DNA of 42,414 bases, from IMG/VR virus record IMGVR_UViG_3300029581_000022, positions 1 through 42,414 of that record; one strand, given 5' to 3'. This DNA comes from a virus. Made by a program: the position numbers and the translations under genes. The notes under the pieces are model-generated. The model saw nothing but the letters and a program-made list of their open reading frames with translations. It made no database searches and was not told where the DNA came from. Below, in pieces: positions 7,251 to 16,012 of the stretch; positions within the stretch are counted from its first letter, which is position 1; each line of letters begins with the position of its first letter.

Positions 7251-7263
7251 CGATTTGAACGAA

Positions 7264-8019
7264 TTACAGATTTTCAACAACCCCGAGTTCGGGGACATTC
7301 GCACGGTAGACCAGAACGGTGAACCCTGGTTCGTGGGCAAGGACGTGGCCGCAGCGCTGGGGTACAGCAACCCTCAGAAGGCGATTCGTGATCATGTTGA
7401 TGAACAGGACAGAGGGGTGAACGAAATGGACACCCCCGGTGGCAAACAGCCGATTGCAACCATCAACGAATCCGGCGTGTACAGCCTGATTTTTGGCAGC
7501 AAGCTGGAAGGTGCGGTGCGGTTTAAGCGCTGGGTGACAAGCGAAGTATTACCCGCCCTGCGCAAGACCGGCAGCTACATGATGCCCAAGCTCAGCAAGG
7601 AGATGCAGGCGCTGTTTATGCTGGACAACCGCACCCAGCGGCAGGAAGAGCGGCTCACCGCGTTGGAGAACACCATGACGGTGGATTACAACCAGCAGCG
7701 TGTGCTGCGCAAGGCCATCAGCCGGGCCGTCATTGGGGCGCTGGGCGGCGAGGACACCTCGGCCTACATCGACAACCACGTGCGCAGCAAGGTGTACAGC
7801 GAGTGCAACCACGATGTGCAGGACTGGTTCAGGGTAAACAGCGTGGGCAACATCCCCCGCAAGCGCTTCGATGAAGCCGTGGAGTATATCCAGCGCTGGA
7901 AGCCCAGCACCAACACCGTGATGCTGATCCAGCAGACCAACGGCCAGACCAGTTTGTTTGCCGCAGCTGCTGCCCAGAGGAACACCACCACCTCCGGGAA
8001 GTTTGTTAAAGAGGTATAA
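7264..8019 (+). CDS. BRO-N / ORF6C-type antirepressor
   Basis: The TTG start has AAAGGAG 8 nt upstream. N-terminal part: FGDIRTVDQNGEPWFVGKDVAAALGYSNPQKAIRDHV (Bro-N). C-terminal part: RLTALENTMTVDYNQQRVLRKAISRAV...RKRFDEAVEYIQRW (ORF6C-like). Confidence 0.8.
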   Translation, partial: LQIFNNPEFGDIRTVDQNGEPWFVGKDVAAALGYSNPQKAIRDHVDEQDRGVNEMDTPGGKQPIATINESGVYSLIFGSKLEGAVRFKRWVTSEVLPALRKTGSYMMPKLSKEMQALFMLDNRTQRQEERLTALENTMTVDYNQQRVLRKAISRAVIGALGGEDTSAYIDNHVRSKVYSECNHDVQDWFRVNSVGNIPRKRFDEAVEYIQRWKPSTNTVMLIQQTNGQTSLFAAAAAQRNTTTSGKFVKEV

Positions 8020-8021
8020 GC

Positions 8022-8264
8022 ATGAAAAAAGTTATTGTAGGCGTAGTGTCCGTATTGGCAAGCGCTTTGCTGATGGCAGGATGCAATAAGCAGGTTATTG
8101 ACCTGACCTATGAATACAGCTGGGCACAGCTGAAAATGCCTGATGGAACGATTGTCGAGGGGAAATTGAACAGTTGGGACGATTACGAGGGCGACCAGCT
8201 GCAAGTGAAGATTGACGGCGTGACCTATCTGGTTCATTCGTCCAATGTTGTGCTGAGACATTGA
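8022..8264 (+). CDS. Lipoprotein (candidate superinfection-exclusion factor)
   Basis: Signal peptide with lipobox: MKKVIVGVVSVLASALLMAGC. Confidence 0.65.
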   Translation: MKKVIVGVVSVLASALLMAGCNKQVIDLTYEYSWAQLKMPDGTIVEGKLNSWDDYEGDQLQVKIDGVTYLVHSSNVVLRH

Positions 8265-8280
8265 CAGAAAGGAGGACGCC

Positions 8281-8520
8281 ATGCAGAAGCCGAGTCTTAC
8301 GATAGGCGAATGCGTCCAGATCCTTCGGGACAACAACATCTCAAAGACCGAAAAGGTCTTGGGAGCACAGATCCAGGCGGGGCTGTTTACCAGCTGGGCG
8401 ATTCCTTCCGTAGGAACAAAAGAGCCCTGCCCGGACATCTCCCGCGCCGGTTTTATGGCGTGGGTGAAGGACTTTTACAAACTCGAAAAGGTTTATACAA
8501 AGGAGGAACCAAGAGAATGA
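8281..8520 (+). CDS. Hypothetical protein
   Basis: 79 aa, with AAAGGAGGA upstream. No motif recognised. Confidence 0.5.
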   Translation: MQKPSLTIGECVQILRDNNISKTEKVLGAQIQAGLFTSWAIPSVGTKEPCPDISRAGFMAWVKDFYKLEKVYTKEEPRE

Positions 8521-8822
8521 GACTCAAATCGTTCGCCGCCGCCGGCACGGTAGGTCTGCTGGCTATTATCGGCGCGGTGCAGGCGGTGCGTTGGGCCTGC
8601 TCCTGGCTGGCCGTTGCACTGGTTTGCTGGGGCGGCTGGGACATCGCCGAGGCTGCGTATGCCGCGCCTTGGATTATTGTTGCATCTACTGCCGGGCTGG
8701 CGATGTCGTTTTATGGGATGTATGAGGACAACAAACGGTATAAGCGCAGCGGTTACAGCAAAATCGTCCGCAACCATGCCCGGAACCCGGAGTATCCGCA
8801 GGATGAGGAGAAGGGCGCATGA
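8517..8822 (+). CDS. Membrane protein (about 3 TM)
   Basis: The ATG lies in an ATGA overlap with AGGAGG 10 nt upstream. Sequence MRLKSFAAAGTVGLLAIIGAV..WLAVALVCWGGW..PWIIVASTAGLAMSFYG. Confidence 0.55.
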   Translation: MRLKSFAAAGTVGLLAIIGAVQAVRWACSWLAVALVCWGGWDIAEAAYAAPWIIVASTAGLAMSFYGMYEDNKRYKRSGYSKIVRNHARNPEYPQDEEKGA

Positions 8823-9013
8823 AGCTGGAAGAGTTGATTCGGCAGCAGGCCGAAGAGCACCTGAAAACAGCCACACGGCTTGCAACGGAGTCCGCGCTCA
8901 CGGGAGACATCTGGCTGCGGGTCATCTGCCGGGAAAAATCAGAGGTCTATAGCGCGGCGGCAGATGGGCTGCTCACAGCCCTCCACGATGCGGAGGACGT
9001 CGCACATGGCTGA
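8819..9013 (+). CDS. Hypothetical protein
   Basis: 64 aa, ATGA overlap with the upstream gene. Confidence 0.45.
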   Translation: MKLEELIRQQAEEHLKTATRLATESALTGDIWLRVICREKSEVYSAAADGLLTALHDAEDVAHG

Positions 9014-9284
9014 TTACATCCACTATGTCACATGGTACACCGTGTACAGCGCCAAGACCGGTGAGGTGGTGGCAGCGGGAACGTCCGCCATGTGCGCTGC
9101 GAAGCTTGGATACAAGACCGCCAACAGCTTTGCGTCTGTCGTTGGACACCGACGCCATGAAAAAAAGAATCCGCACAAGTACATTTTTGAGCAGGAGCGC
9201 ATTGATCGTGCGGAGGTCGACTGCCTCCCCCCACTTCGCCGTTACTGCAAAAAGACGAAAAGGGAACAGGAATATGAACGGTAG
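9006..9284 (+). CDS. Hypothetical protein
   Basis: Internal ATG (MADYIHYVTWYTVYS...) of track ORF 8880-9284. It fits the gene-to-gene overlap pattern. Confidence 0.45.
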   Translation: MADYIHYVTWYTVYSAKTGEVVAAGTSAMCAAKLGYKTANSFASVVGHRRHEKKNPHKYIFEQERIDRAEVDCLPPLRRYCKKTKREQEYER

Positions 9285-9534
9285 ATATATGCGAGCCGCA
9301 GAGATTCGCTGGCATAATCGTCAGCCGGAGCGGCTGCGGCACATCCACCAGAAGAAGGAGAAGAAAAAGGTGAGCACGGTACAGATCTTTGACGCGGATT
9401 TGCGTTTTGTCAACGAAATCCCCATGCCGAACACGTTGGCTGGCATCCAGTACGCCGACCAGCTGGCAGCAGAAAAGCCGGGCCGTCTGTACGTCGTTAT
9501 GGACGAGCACCGGCAGAAGGTTTACCAGAGGTGA
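9274..9534 (+). CDS. Hypothetical protein
   Basis: Internal ATG (MNGRYMRAAEIRW...) of track ORF 9025-9534. Confidence 0.45.
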   Translation: MNGRYMRAAEIRWHNRQPERLRHIHQKKEKKKVSTVQIFDADLRFVNEIPMPNTLAGIQYADQLAAEKPGRLYVVMDEHRQKVYQR

Positions 9535-9539
9535 CGTAC

Positions 9540-9986
9540 ATGACTTTAGAGCAAAAGGAACGCCGCAAAGCGGTTCTGCGGTATGCAGTCAGCGTCCCTG
9601 AATGGAATCTTGCGCTCAAGCATCGGGCGGCAACAGAGCTTACGAAATGCGCAAGCCTTTTGATGAGCGTAAGCCAGATGATGCTTGCGACCGACGCGGA
9701 AGACCGTTTTTATCCGGACAGATTAGATTATGGGATGTCTCCGACGGGATATGCAAAAGCCATTTCGGATGCAGAGTACAGCCTCGGCGCAGCCGCTTCG
9801 GCGCTGGAAACCGTAGTTGCTTTGGCAGATGAGTCAAACGCCTTCCCGCTTATCAGCTCCACCCAGACCGGCGGGTTAGATGACGCGATGGGCAACATTG
9901 AGGCGGCCTACAATTCTGGTCTTGGATGGCTGGCAGATCTGTGCCGGGTACACGGGATGGATGAGGTGACATACGATCATGGATAA
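9540..9986 (+). CDS. Hypothetical protein
   Basis: ATG 9540 has AGAGG 8 nt upstream. The track's GTG at 9531 sits directly on the SD. Confidence 0.5.
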   Translation: MTLEQKERRKAVLRYAVSVPEWNLALKHRAATELTKCASLLMSVSQMMLATDAEDRFYPDRLDYGMSPTGYAKAISDAEYSLGAAASALETVVALADESNAFPLISSTQTGGLDDAMGNIEAAYNSGLGWLADLCRVHGMDEVTYDHG

Positions 9987-10605
9987 AATGACCATTTACG
10001 AGCAGTGCCGGGAAGTCCCCCAAGACGCCCAGAAGCCTATCGCAGCGGGTCGCCTGAAGGGCAAGACCGACATTAACCCCATGTGGCGCATCAAGAAGCT
10101 GACTGAGCTTTTTGGCCCGGCTGGTATGGGCTGGAAGTTCGACCCGCCGGTGTTCGAGGAAAAGACCGGAGCAAAGGGCGAAGTTGTCGTGCAGTGCTTT
10201 ACGAATTTGTACGTCAGGCAGGATGATGGGGAAGCGTGGAGCGCCCCCATCCCCGGAGTGGGCGGCTCTATGCTGATTGTGCTGGAGTCAACGGGGCTCC
10301 GAACGGATGATGACGCTTACAAAAAAGCGTACACGGATGCCCAGAGCGTGGCCTGCAAGGCGCTTGGAATCGGCGCGAATGTGTACTGGAAAGATGAATC
10401 CACCAAGTGCACCCCGCTTCCGGCCACTCCCGCCCCGGTGTGCGCCTGCTGCGGAAAGAAAATCATCGGCATCAAAACCAAGGACGGGAAAAAGATGACT
10501 GCTGAGCAGGCGGCAGAACGAAGCAAGGCAAAATATGGGCGTATACTCTGCGTAGAATGCGCAAAGAAACAGCCGAAAGAAGATGGAGGAATGTCTCATG
10601 CTTAA
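9979..10605 (+). CDS. Rad52/Sak-like single-strand annealing protein with C-terminal zinc ribbon
   Basis: TDINPMWRIKKLTELFGPAGMGWKF ... AYTDAQSVACKALGIGANVYW resembles phage Rad52-fold annealases. C-terminus CACCGKK...CVECAKK. Followed directly by SSB. Confidence 0.6.
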   Translation: MDKMTIYEQCREVPQDAQKPIAAGRLKGKTDINPMWRIKKLTELFGPAGMGWKFDPPVFEEKTGAKGEVVVQCFTNLYVRQDDGEAWSAPIPGVGGSMLIVLESTGLRTDDDAYKKAYTDAQSVACKALGIGANVYWKDESTKCTPLPATPAPVCACCGKKIIGIKTKDGKKMTAEQAAERSKAKYGRILCVECAKKQPKEDGGMSHA

Positions 10606-11086
10606 CCTCGTAGCATTGATGGGCCGCCTGGTCTACGACCCGGAGCTCAAGACCACCCAGAACGGCACCAACGTGTGCAGCTTCCGCATCGCGGTTGACC
10701 GCAGCTTTGCCCGGCAGGGCGAAGAGCGCAAGGCCGATTTTATCGACGTCACCGCATGGCGGCAGACCGCCGAGTTCGTCTGTAAGTATTTCCAGAAGGG
10801 CAGCATGATCGCAGTCGAAGGCAGCTTGCAGACCCGTCAGTACCAGGACAAGAACGGCAACAACCGCACGGCTACCGAGGTTCTTGCGTCGCAGGTGAGC
10901 TTTTGCGGCGGAAAGGCCGCAGAGAAGCCCGCTGTGCGCGATTTCGACCAGCAGACGGAAAATCATGTGCGCGAAGCAAACGCCGCTTACAGCACATCGC
11001 AGAAGCCTCAGAGCGTACCGGAGTATTCGCAGGGCAGCGCAGACGACTTTTCAGTCATCGACGACTCGGAGGACTTGCCGTTCTAA
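10598..11086 (+). CDS. ssb: Single-stranded DNA-binding protein
   Basis: MLNLVALMGRLVYDPELKTTQNGTNVCSFRIAVDR...IAVEGSLQTRQYQDKNG is an OB fold. The acidic tail ends DDSEDLPF. GGAGG lies 8 nt before ATG 10598. Confidence 0.9.
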   Translation: MLNLVALMGRLVYDPELKTTQNGTNVCSFRIAVDRSFARQGEERKADFIDVTAWRQTAEFVCKYFQKGSMIAVEGSLQTRQYQDKNGNNRTATEVLASQVSFCGGKAAEKPAVRDFDQQTENHVREANAAYSTSQKPQSVPEYSQGSADDFSVIDDSEDLPF

Positions 11087-11136
11087 GCCGAGAGCTGCGC
11101 TATCGGGCTATACGGGCGCGCAAAGGAGGTGATTGA

Positions 11137-11871
11137 GTGGCACAGGACGATAAAAAGTCATTTGTGGCGTATCTGAGCTGGTTCGATGCGCTGGAAGAAT
11201 ACTCCGACGCAGAGGTTGGGCAGTTGATGCGAGCTCTTGCACGGTATGCCAAAACCGGAGAAGAGCCTGAATTTTCAGACCGTGGGATGCGGGGCAACTG
11301 GAAATTTATGTGCAGCGACGTAAAACGGGCGTCTGAAAAATGGGATGAAACCCGCAAGAAACGCAGCAACGCCGGAAAACGCGGTATGGCAAAGCGCTGG
11401 GGAAAGCCTGACGACATAACAAAAATAACAAACGATAACAATGTTAATGACGACATAACAAAAATAACTGTAGATGTAGATGTAAATGGAGATGTAGATG
11501 TAGATGGGGATGTAGATGTTGTAAAGCGCGATAACACCGCCGCCGTTGATATGGAGTTATCAAAAATCGTCCAGCATTACCAACGTGCTATCGGCGACTT
11601 CCCGCGTTCGGCGCTGGAAAAACTGCAAAAATGGCGGCAGGAGTACAGCACGGAAATGATTTTGCTGGCGATCGACAAGGCCGCAGAAGCTGGCAAGCGG
11701 TCGTGGAACTACATCAACGGCATCCTGTCTGGCTGGCAGCGGGACGGGATACGCACCCCGGGGGACGTGGCAGCGAATGAGCAGCGCCGACAAGAGCAGC
11801 CTCGCGGGAAACAAGCCACAGAAAGCACCGCAGAAGCATACGCAAATATTTTCAAGGGGGTGAAACTGTGA
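11137..11871 (+). CDS. DnaD-domain replication initiation/organiser protein
   Basis: C-terminus ILLAIDKAAEAGKRSWNYINGILSGWQRDGIRT is typical of the DnaD/phage replisome-organiser domain. GTG start with AAGGAGG upstream. Confidence 0.7.
   Translation: MAQDDKKSFVAYLSWFDALEEYSDAEVGQLMRALARYAKTGEEPEFSDRGMRGNWKFMCSDVKRASEKWDETRKKRSNAGKRGMAKRWGKPDDITKITNDNNVNDDITKITVDVDVNGDVDVDGDVDVVKRDNTAAVDMELSKIVQHYQRAIGDFPRSALEKLQKWRQEYSTEMILLAIDKAAEAGKRSWNYINGILSGWQRDGIRTPGDVAANEQRRQEQPRGKQATESTAEAYANIFKGVKL
11410..11523 (+). repeat. Intragenic direct repeats in the DnaD-domain gene linker
   Basis: The 20-bp gacgacataacaaaaataac occurs at 11410 and 11449. It is followed by about 7 GATGTA-type hexamer repeats encoding VDVDVNGDVDVDGDVDVV. 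Confidence 0.8.
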
Positions 11872-12206
11872 CAGTGGAGATGATGACAAAGCTCCTTGCG
11901 GACGCTGAGGCCTATTTTGGACGGCCTCAGACCGCAGAGAACCGCGCAAGCATCGCGGAGATTTGGGCGAACTCATCGCTCAAGGATGTGCCGAATGAGA
12001 TGGCCTACAAGACATTCCACGAGGTGATTTTGGAGTGCAGCTGGCAGAGCCAGCTTCTCCCGGCGTGGAAAAAGGCTGTCGAAAAGGCCCAGGGTGAGCA
12101 GATGCTGGCGAAGCACTGCCTTGCTGCCCGCACCCGGATGCTCAAGTCCAGAGCTGAAAGAAAGCTTCTTGGGCAGGCAAACCAGAACGGAGGACAAAAT
12201 GCCTAG
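11868..12206 (+). CDS. Hypothetical replication-module protein
   Basis: 112 aa, GTG start with AAGGGGG 7 nt upstream. No confident motif. Confidence 0.5.
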   Translation: MTVEMMTKLLADAEAYFGRPQTAENRASIAEIWANSSLKDVPNEMAYKTFHEVILECSWQSQLLPAWKKAVEKAQGEQMLAKHCLAARTRMLKSRAERKLLGQANQNGGQNA

Positions 12207-12381
12207 ATACAAAGTCATCGTAGAGTGCAGCGGCCCGCACGGGAACGCGGCGCTTACATACCGCATCAACGCCGCGAGTCAGTTTGCGGCAGAGTTCAGG
12301 GCCTGCCAGCTGGCGGGCGATCATTACCCCGAGTATCGGGACATCAAGCCGGTGAGGACGGAGGTGCTGAAAAATGGATGA
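12199..12381 (+). CDS. Hypothetical protein (60 aa)
   Basis: The internal ATG (MPRYKVIVECSG...) has GGAGGA upstream. Confidence 0.45.
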   Translation: MPRYKVIVECSGPHGNAALTYRINAASQFAAEFRACQLAGDHYPEYRDIKPVRTEVLKNG

Positions 12382-12691
12382 AGTAAGATTGATTGACGCG
12401 AACGCTTTGCACAAGCGCATTGAAATGAACCTTCGCGCCAGCAATCCGGTCACTATTGAAGAATGCTGCTATAAGGATGCCCTGAACAGCGTGGACGAGG
12501 CTACCACCATTGACCCGGAGAACTTGCGACCGACGGCAAAGTGGATTATTGTGCGGCGCATGGCAGATGGTGCGGAGTGCAAGTGCGGGGGCTGCGGACG
12601 CAAAGAGGTTTTTACAACATTCGACCGGCACACGGAACATGCCTATTGCTGCCGCTGCGGGTGCAAAATGGAGGGCTTTTATAATGACTGA
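12374..12691 (+). CDS. Cys-rich (zinc-ribbon-like) hypothetical protein
   Basis: ECKCGGCGRK...YCCRCGCKM. Confidence 0.5.
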   Translation: MDEVRLIDANALHKRIEMNLRASNPVTIEECCYKDALNSVDEATTIDPENLRPTAKWIIVRRMADGAECKCGGCGRKEVFTTFDRHTEHAYCCRCGCKMEGFYND

Positions 12692-13163
12692 ATACATCCG
12701 GCGCGAGGCTGTGTTAAAGAGCCTGGAATATACCACGATATGTGAGGCAGGAGCAGAGAATATTATCTCGCTTACCCTCCGTGCGGCACGAGAAAAGGTT
12801 GAAAAACTTCCTGTTTTGCGGGGAAAAAACCTCTTTCCCGCATGGCGCGACCCTGAAAAGGACCCTCCGGAAGTCGAAACCGAAGTGCTGGTTTTGTACC
12901 GGTGTAATGACTATCTGGGCATTACAACGGCGCACTATGAAAACGGCAATGTTTTCTCCGAGGACAGCGAATGGAATTGGGAAGATCTCTCTGATTGGGG
13001 AACATACGACGAGGAAAGGGACGACTACCTAATCCCGGAAGGCTGGTGGGAATACCGCCACTTCAACCCGGACAACGTTTACAACAACAAGATAGACTGC
13101 CCCGTGGTGGGCTGGATGCCGATGCCGCCGAAGGTGCTGAAAAATGACGATGACACCGTGTAA
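12684..13163 (+). CDS. DUF551-like phage protein
   Basis: The C-terminal half, PAWRDPEKDPPEVETEVLVLYR...VVGWMPMP, resembles the DUF551 pattern. The start is the internal ATG MTEYIRREAV. Confidence 0.45.
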   Translation: MTEYIRREAVLKSLEYTTICEAGAENIISLTLRAAREKVEKLPVLRGKNLFPAWRDPEKDPPEVETEVLVLYRCNDYLGITTAHYENGNVFSEDSEWNWEDLSDWGTYDEERDDYLIPEGWWEYRHFNPDNVYNNKIDCPVVGWMPMPPKVLKNDDDTV

Positions 13164-13362
13164 AGACTGCCCCACTCGTCACCCGGTATGCCACGACACA
13201 TGCCCCAAGTACGCCGAGTTCAAGCGCCAGCATATCGCAGAGCTTGCTTACACAAAGCAGATGACCGACCGGGGCGTTGTATACCGCTACGACCACGAGG
13301 ACCGTCACCGGGAGCGGGGCCGTAAGAAGTATATGGGAGCGAACGGAGGAGCGGACAGATGA
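13144..13362 (+). CDS. Small Cys-rich protein
   Basis: CKDCPTRHPVCHDTCPKY. Confidence 0.45.
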   Translation: MTMTPCKDCPTRHPVCHDTCPKYAEFKRQHIAELAYTKQMTDRGVVYRYDHEDRHRERGRKKYMGANGGADR

Positions 13363-14006
13363 AAGTGCTTATCGCCTGCGAAGAATCGCAGGAAGTTTGC
13401 AAGGCATTTCGGGCAAAAGGCCACGAAGCCTACTCTTGTGATATTCAGGAGCCGTCCGGCGGGCATCCCGAGTGGCATATTCTTGGAGATGCGCTCAAGG
13501 CTCTGGAGGGGGGGCAAGTCGTGACAATGGACGGCGTAACGCATGACGTTGGCAAGTGGGACTTGCTCATTGCACACCCGCCGTGCACATATCTGTCAAA
13601 TGCCGGCGCAGCGAGACTATACAAAAAAATCGACGGAAAAAGCTTTGTTAATCTTGAGCGATTGAACAAAGGCTTGGATGCAAAGGATTTTTTCTTAAAG
13701 TTCTTCAAAAGCGGCGTTCCTAGAGTCGCCGTTGAAAACCCTGTGCCTTCTGGCGTTTACCGTCTCCCGAAATACACACAAATCATACATCCCTGGCAGT
13801 TCGGCCACCCCTACCACAAAAAGACTTGTTTGTGGTTAAAAAATCTCCCGCCGTTGGAAGCCACAGAAATCGTCACCCCAACAGCATACTGGGTGCAAGG
13901 GCAAGGCCCACGAGGAAAAGGTCACCAGGGAGGCCACAGATCGCAAAAAGAGCGAAGCAAGACCTTTCCAGGAATTGCAAAAGCAATGGCCGAACAGTGG
14001 GGGTAA
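13359..14006 (+). CDS. Cytosine-5 DNA methyltransferase-like protein (short phage type)
   Basis: LLIAHPPCTYLSNAG is a PPC catalytic motif-IV-like segment, and RVAVENPVPSG is ENV motif-VI-like. No canonical FxGxG motif I was seen. Confidence 0.5.
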   Translation: MKVLIACEESQEVCKAFRAKGHEAYSCDIQEPSGGHPEWHILGDALKALEGGQVVTMDGVTHDVGKWDLLIAHPPCTYLSNAGAARLYKKIDGKSFVNLERLNKGLDAKDFFLKFFKSGVPRVAVENPVPSGVYRLPKYTQIIHPWQFGHPYHKKTCLWLKNLPPLEATEIVTPTAYWVQGQGPRGKGHQGGHRSQKERSKTFPGIAKAMAEQWG

Positions 14007-14010
14007 GCAG

Positions 14011-14382
14011 ATGAAATTAACCATTTACGGCGACCCGCGCACCAAGAAAAACTCTGCCCGCATCCTCCGCACACGCTCCGGGACCCCATTCGTGGCCCCT
14101 AGCAAGGCATACGTGGACTATGAGACGGACTGCCTGCGGCAAATCAAAAGGTCGCGCAGCCCCATCTCTGCCCGCGTGAACGTGAGGTGCGTGTACTACA
14201 TGAAGACCGCCCGCCGGGTCGATCTGGCAAACCTCATCGAGGCCACCACGGACATTCTGGTAAAAGCCCGCGTGCTGGAGGACGACAACAGCAAAATTGT
14301 TGCCGCCCACGATGGCAGCCGGGTGGACTGCGACAAGAAAAACCCCAGAGTGGAGATCTGGATCGAGGAAATGGAGGGATGA
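14011..14382 (+). CDS. rusA: RusA-family Holliday junction resolvase
   Basis: MKLTIYGDPRTKKNSARI...VDLANLIEATTDILVKARVLEDDNSKIV is the typical RusA pattern. Confidence 0.75.
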   Translation: MKLTIYGDPRTKKNSARILRTRSGTPFVAPSKAYVDYETDCLRQIKRSRSPISARVNVRCVYYMKTARRVDLANLIEATTDILVKARVLEDDNSKIVAAHDGSRVDCDKKNPRVEIWIEEMEG

Positions 14383-14383
14383 T

Positions 14384-14947
14384 ATGGACTTGCCAAACAA
14401 AAAGTACTCCGTCATATACGCAGATCCACCGTGGAACTATCTGCAAAAAGGAGCGGCTGGTAAAAAACAAAGGTACGCAGCCCAGCATTACAAAACTATG
14501 ACCACCGATGATATTCGAGCTCTGCCTGTCCAACAGCTTGCAGGGGGCGGATGCCTATTATTCATGTGGGCAACATTTCCCACACTCCCGGATGCACTTC
14601 TAGTTATGGATGCTTGGGGGTTCACTTACAAAACCGCCGCTTTTGTTTGGGTGAAAAAATACAAATGTGGAAAAAACTTCGTTGGGATGGGTGCGTACAC
14701 CAGAGCAAACGCAGAAATTTGTCTGTTGGGTGTGTCGCATGACTTTTGCGCAAAAAAGCAGATAAAAAGCCACTCCGTGCGGCAGGTTATTGAGGAACTT
14801 ATCCAAGCGCACAGCGTAAAACCAGAAGAAACACGGCGGCGCATTGTTGATTTGCTGGGGGATGTGCCGCGCATTGAACTTTTTGCTCGTCAACGTGTGC
14901 CTGGTTGGGGTGCGTGGGGGGATGAGGTTGGAGAAATGGAGGAGTAA
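14384..14947 (+). CDS. MT-A70-family N6-adenine DNA methyltransferase
   Basis: SVIYADPPWNY (DPPW catalytic motif) and LLFMWATFPTLPDALLVMDAWGFTYKT. Confidence 0.85.
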   Translation: MDLPNKKYSVIYADPPWNYLQKGAAGKKQRYAAQHYKTMTTDDIRALPVQQLAGGGCLLFMWATFPTLPDALLVMDAWGFTYKTAAFVWVKKYKCGKNFVGMGAYTRANAEICLLGVSHDFCAKKQIKSHSVRQVIEELIQAHSVKPEETRRRIVDLLGDVPRIELFARQRVPGWGAWGDEVGEMEE

Positions 14948-14948
14948 A

Positions 14949-15341
14949 ATGAACCAAATTTTTCTTGTCATCGGCGCAACGCTTTGCTACGTCGGCGGAT
15001 TCGGCATCATGATTTATCTTTTGGGCGTCCTAACCGAACTGTGCATCGAAATCTGGGACAGTAATTTTAGACAGATTTGTGTTCGATTCCAAATCGCGCC
15101 GGGCGATGTTTCATACTTTGCCCAGAATAAAAAAGACATTGAAGCAGCACTTGAGAAACAACGCATTCGGTGGCCGAACACGGACGATGCATCTTTCGGG
15201 TGGTGGAACTGCCCAAGATGCAGCGCGCCGAACCGATACGTCAGCGAAAGCAAATCAGTTGCATATTGCCGCTGCTGCGGGCAAGCTGTCGATATGGATT
15301 ACTACAGGAGGCATGCCAATGATTCGCAGATGGACACCTGA
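14949..15341 (+). CDS. Membrane-anchored zinc-ribbon protein
   Basis: N-terminal TM IFLVIGATLCYVGGFGIMIYLLGVL. C-terminus CPRCSAPN...CRCCGQ. Confidence 0.5.
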   Translation: MNQIFLVIGATLCYVGGFGIMIYLLGVLTELCIEIWDSNFRQICVRFQIAPGDVSYFAQNKKDIEAALEKQRIRWPNTDDASFGWWNCPRCSAPNRYVSESKSVAYCRCCGQAVDMDYYRRHANDSQMDT

Positions 15342-15840
15342 CACCGACACACCAAAGCCTGACAGCGGCGTGGATTACCGCACCGTCAAGGCGTGGTTCC
15401 AGCAGTGCCGCGACCTTGCGGCAGCTATCGAAGTCCAAAAGCAAAAAATACAGCGCATCCGGGACGTGGCCGAAAAATGCACCCAGAGCCTGAGCGGGAT
15501 GCCTGCAGGTGGTGGCAATGGGGACAAGGTGGGCTTTGCTGTAGAGCAGCTGGACACCGAGCGCCGACAGCTTCAGAGGATGGAGACGGACCTGTGTAAT
15601 TTGCGTGTCGAGGCCACCAGGCGGGCATACTGCCTGATAGCCGAGCCGGAATGCGCTGAAGCAATTTGCGAGCACTATGTCATAGGAAAATCTCACAAGG
15701 AAATCGCAAAAGAAGTCGGCGTGTGCGGGGCAGAAGTGGTCTATCGGCGAATCAAACGCGGATGCATGGCCCTGGCCGAGATATGGGACGAGTTTTCTGA
15801 CGTGCAAAGTGTACAACATGCACAAGAAAACACAGCGTGA
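15319..15840 (+). CDS. Sigma-70 region-4-like / DUF1492-like transcriptional regulator (candidate late activator)
   Basis: C-terminal HTH ICEHYVIGKSHKEIAKEVGVCGAEVVYRRIKRGCMAL. ATG 15319 lies 7 nt after AGGAGG. It is the last gene before the packaging module. Confidence 0.55.
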   Translation: MIRRWTPDTDTPKPDSGVDYRTVKAWFQQCRDLAAAIEVQKQKIQRIRDVAEKCTQSLSGMPAGGGNGDKVGFAVEQLDTERRQLQRMETDLCNLRVEATRRAYCLIAEPECAEAICEHYVIGKSHKEIAKEVGVCGAEVVYRRIKRGCMALAEIWDEFSDVQSVQHAQENTA

Positions 15841-16012
15841 TTTTGGAAGGGGTCAGCTCTTTTCAAGTCTGCAAGCTTGGATGTAAAATTCTAATAAGCG
15901 GTTCAGCGCTAAGCGGTAGCCGCTTGCCACGCAGCCCCCAGAACGGTTCCTTCCTTGTGACAGGTTTTCATGCTTTCCTGTTCTCCTTCACCGTTTTGCG
16001 GGCTGCTTCTAT

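Noticed and set aside
5055-7263. Long N-terminal extensions offered by the ORF track (5055-, 5962- and 7108- starts)
   Set aside because: The extensions overlap upstream genes or the repeat region and lack an SD. Internal starts at 5244, 6094 and 7264 each have a well-spaced SD and begin recognisable domains.
6451-7370. Minus-strand ORFs 6451-7221, 6708-7370 and 6905-7180 across the repeat region
   Set aside because: They are three mutually overlapping frames of Cys/His/Ala/Leu/Ser low-complexity sequence, generated by the pyrimidine-rich complement of the ATGGCA repeats. They also run antisense into flanking real genes.
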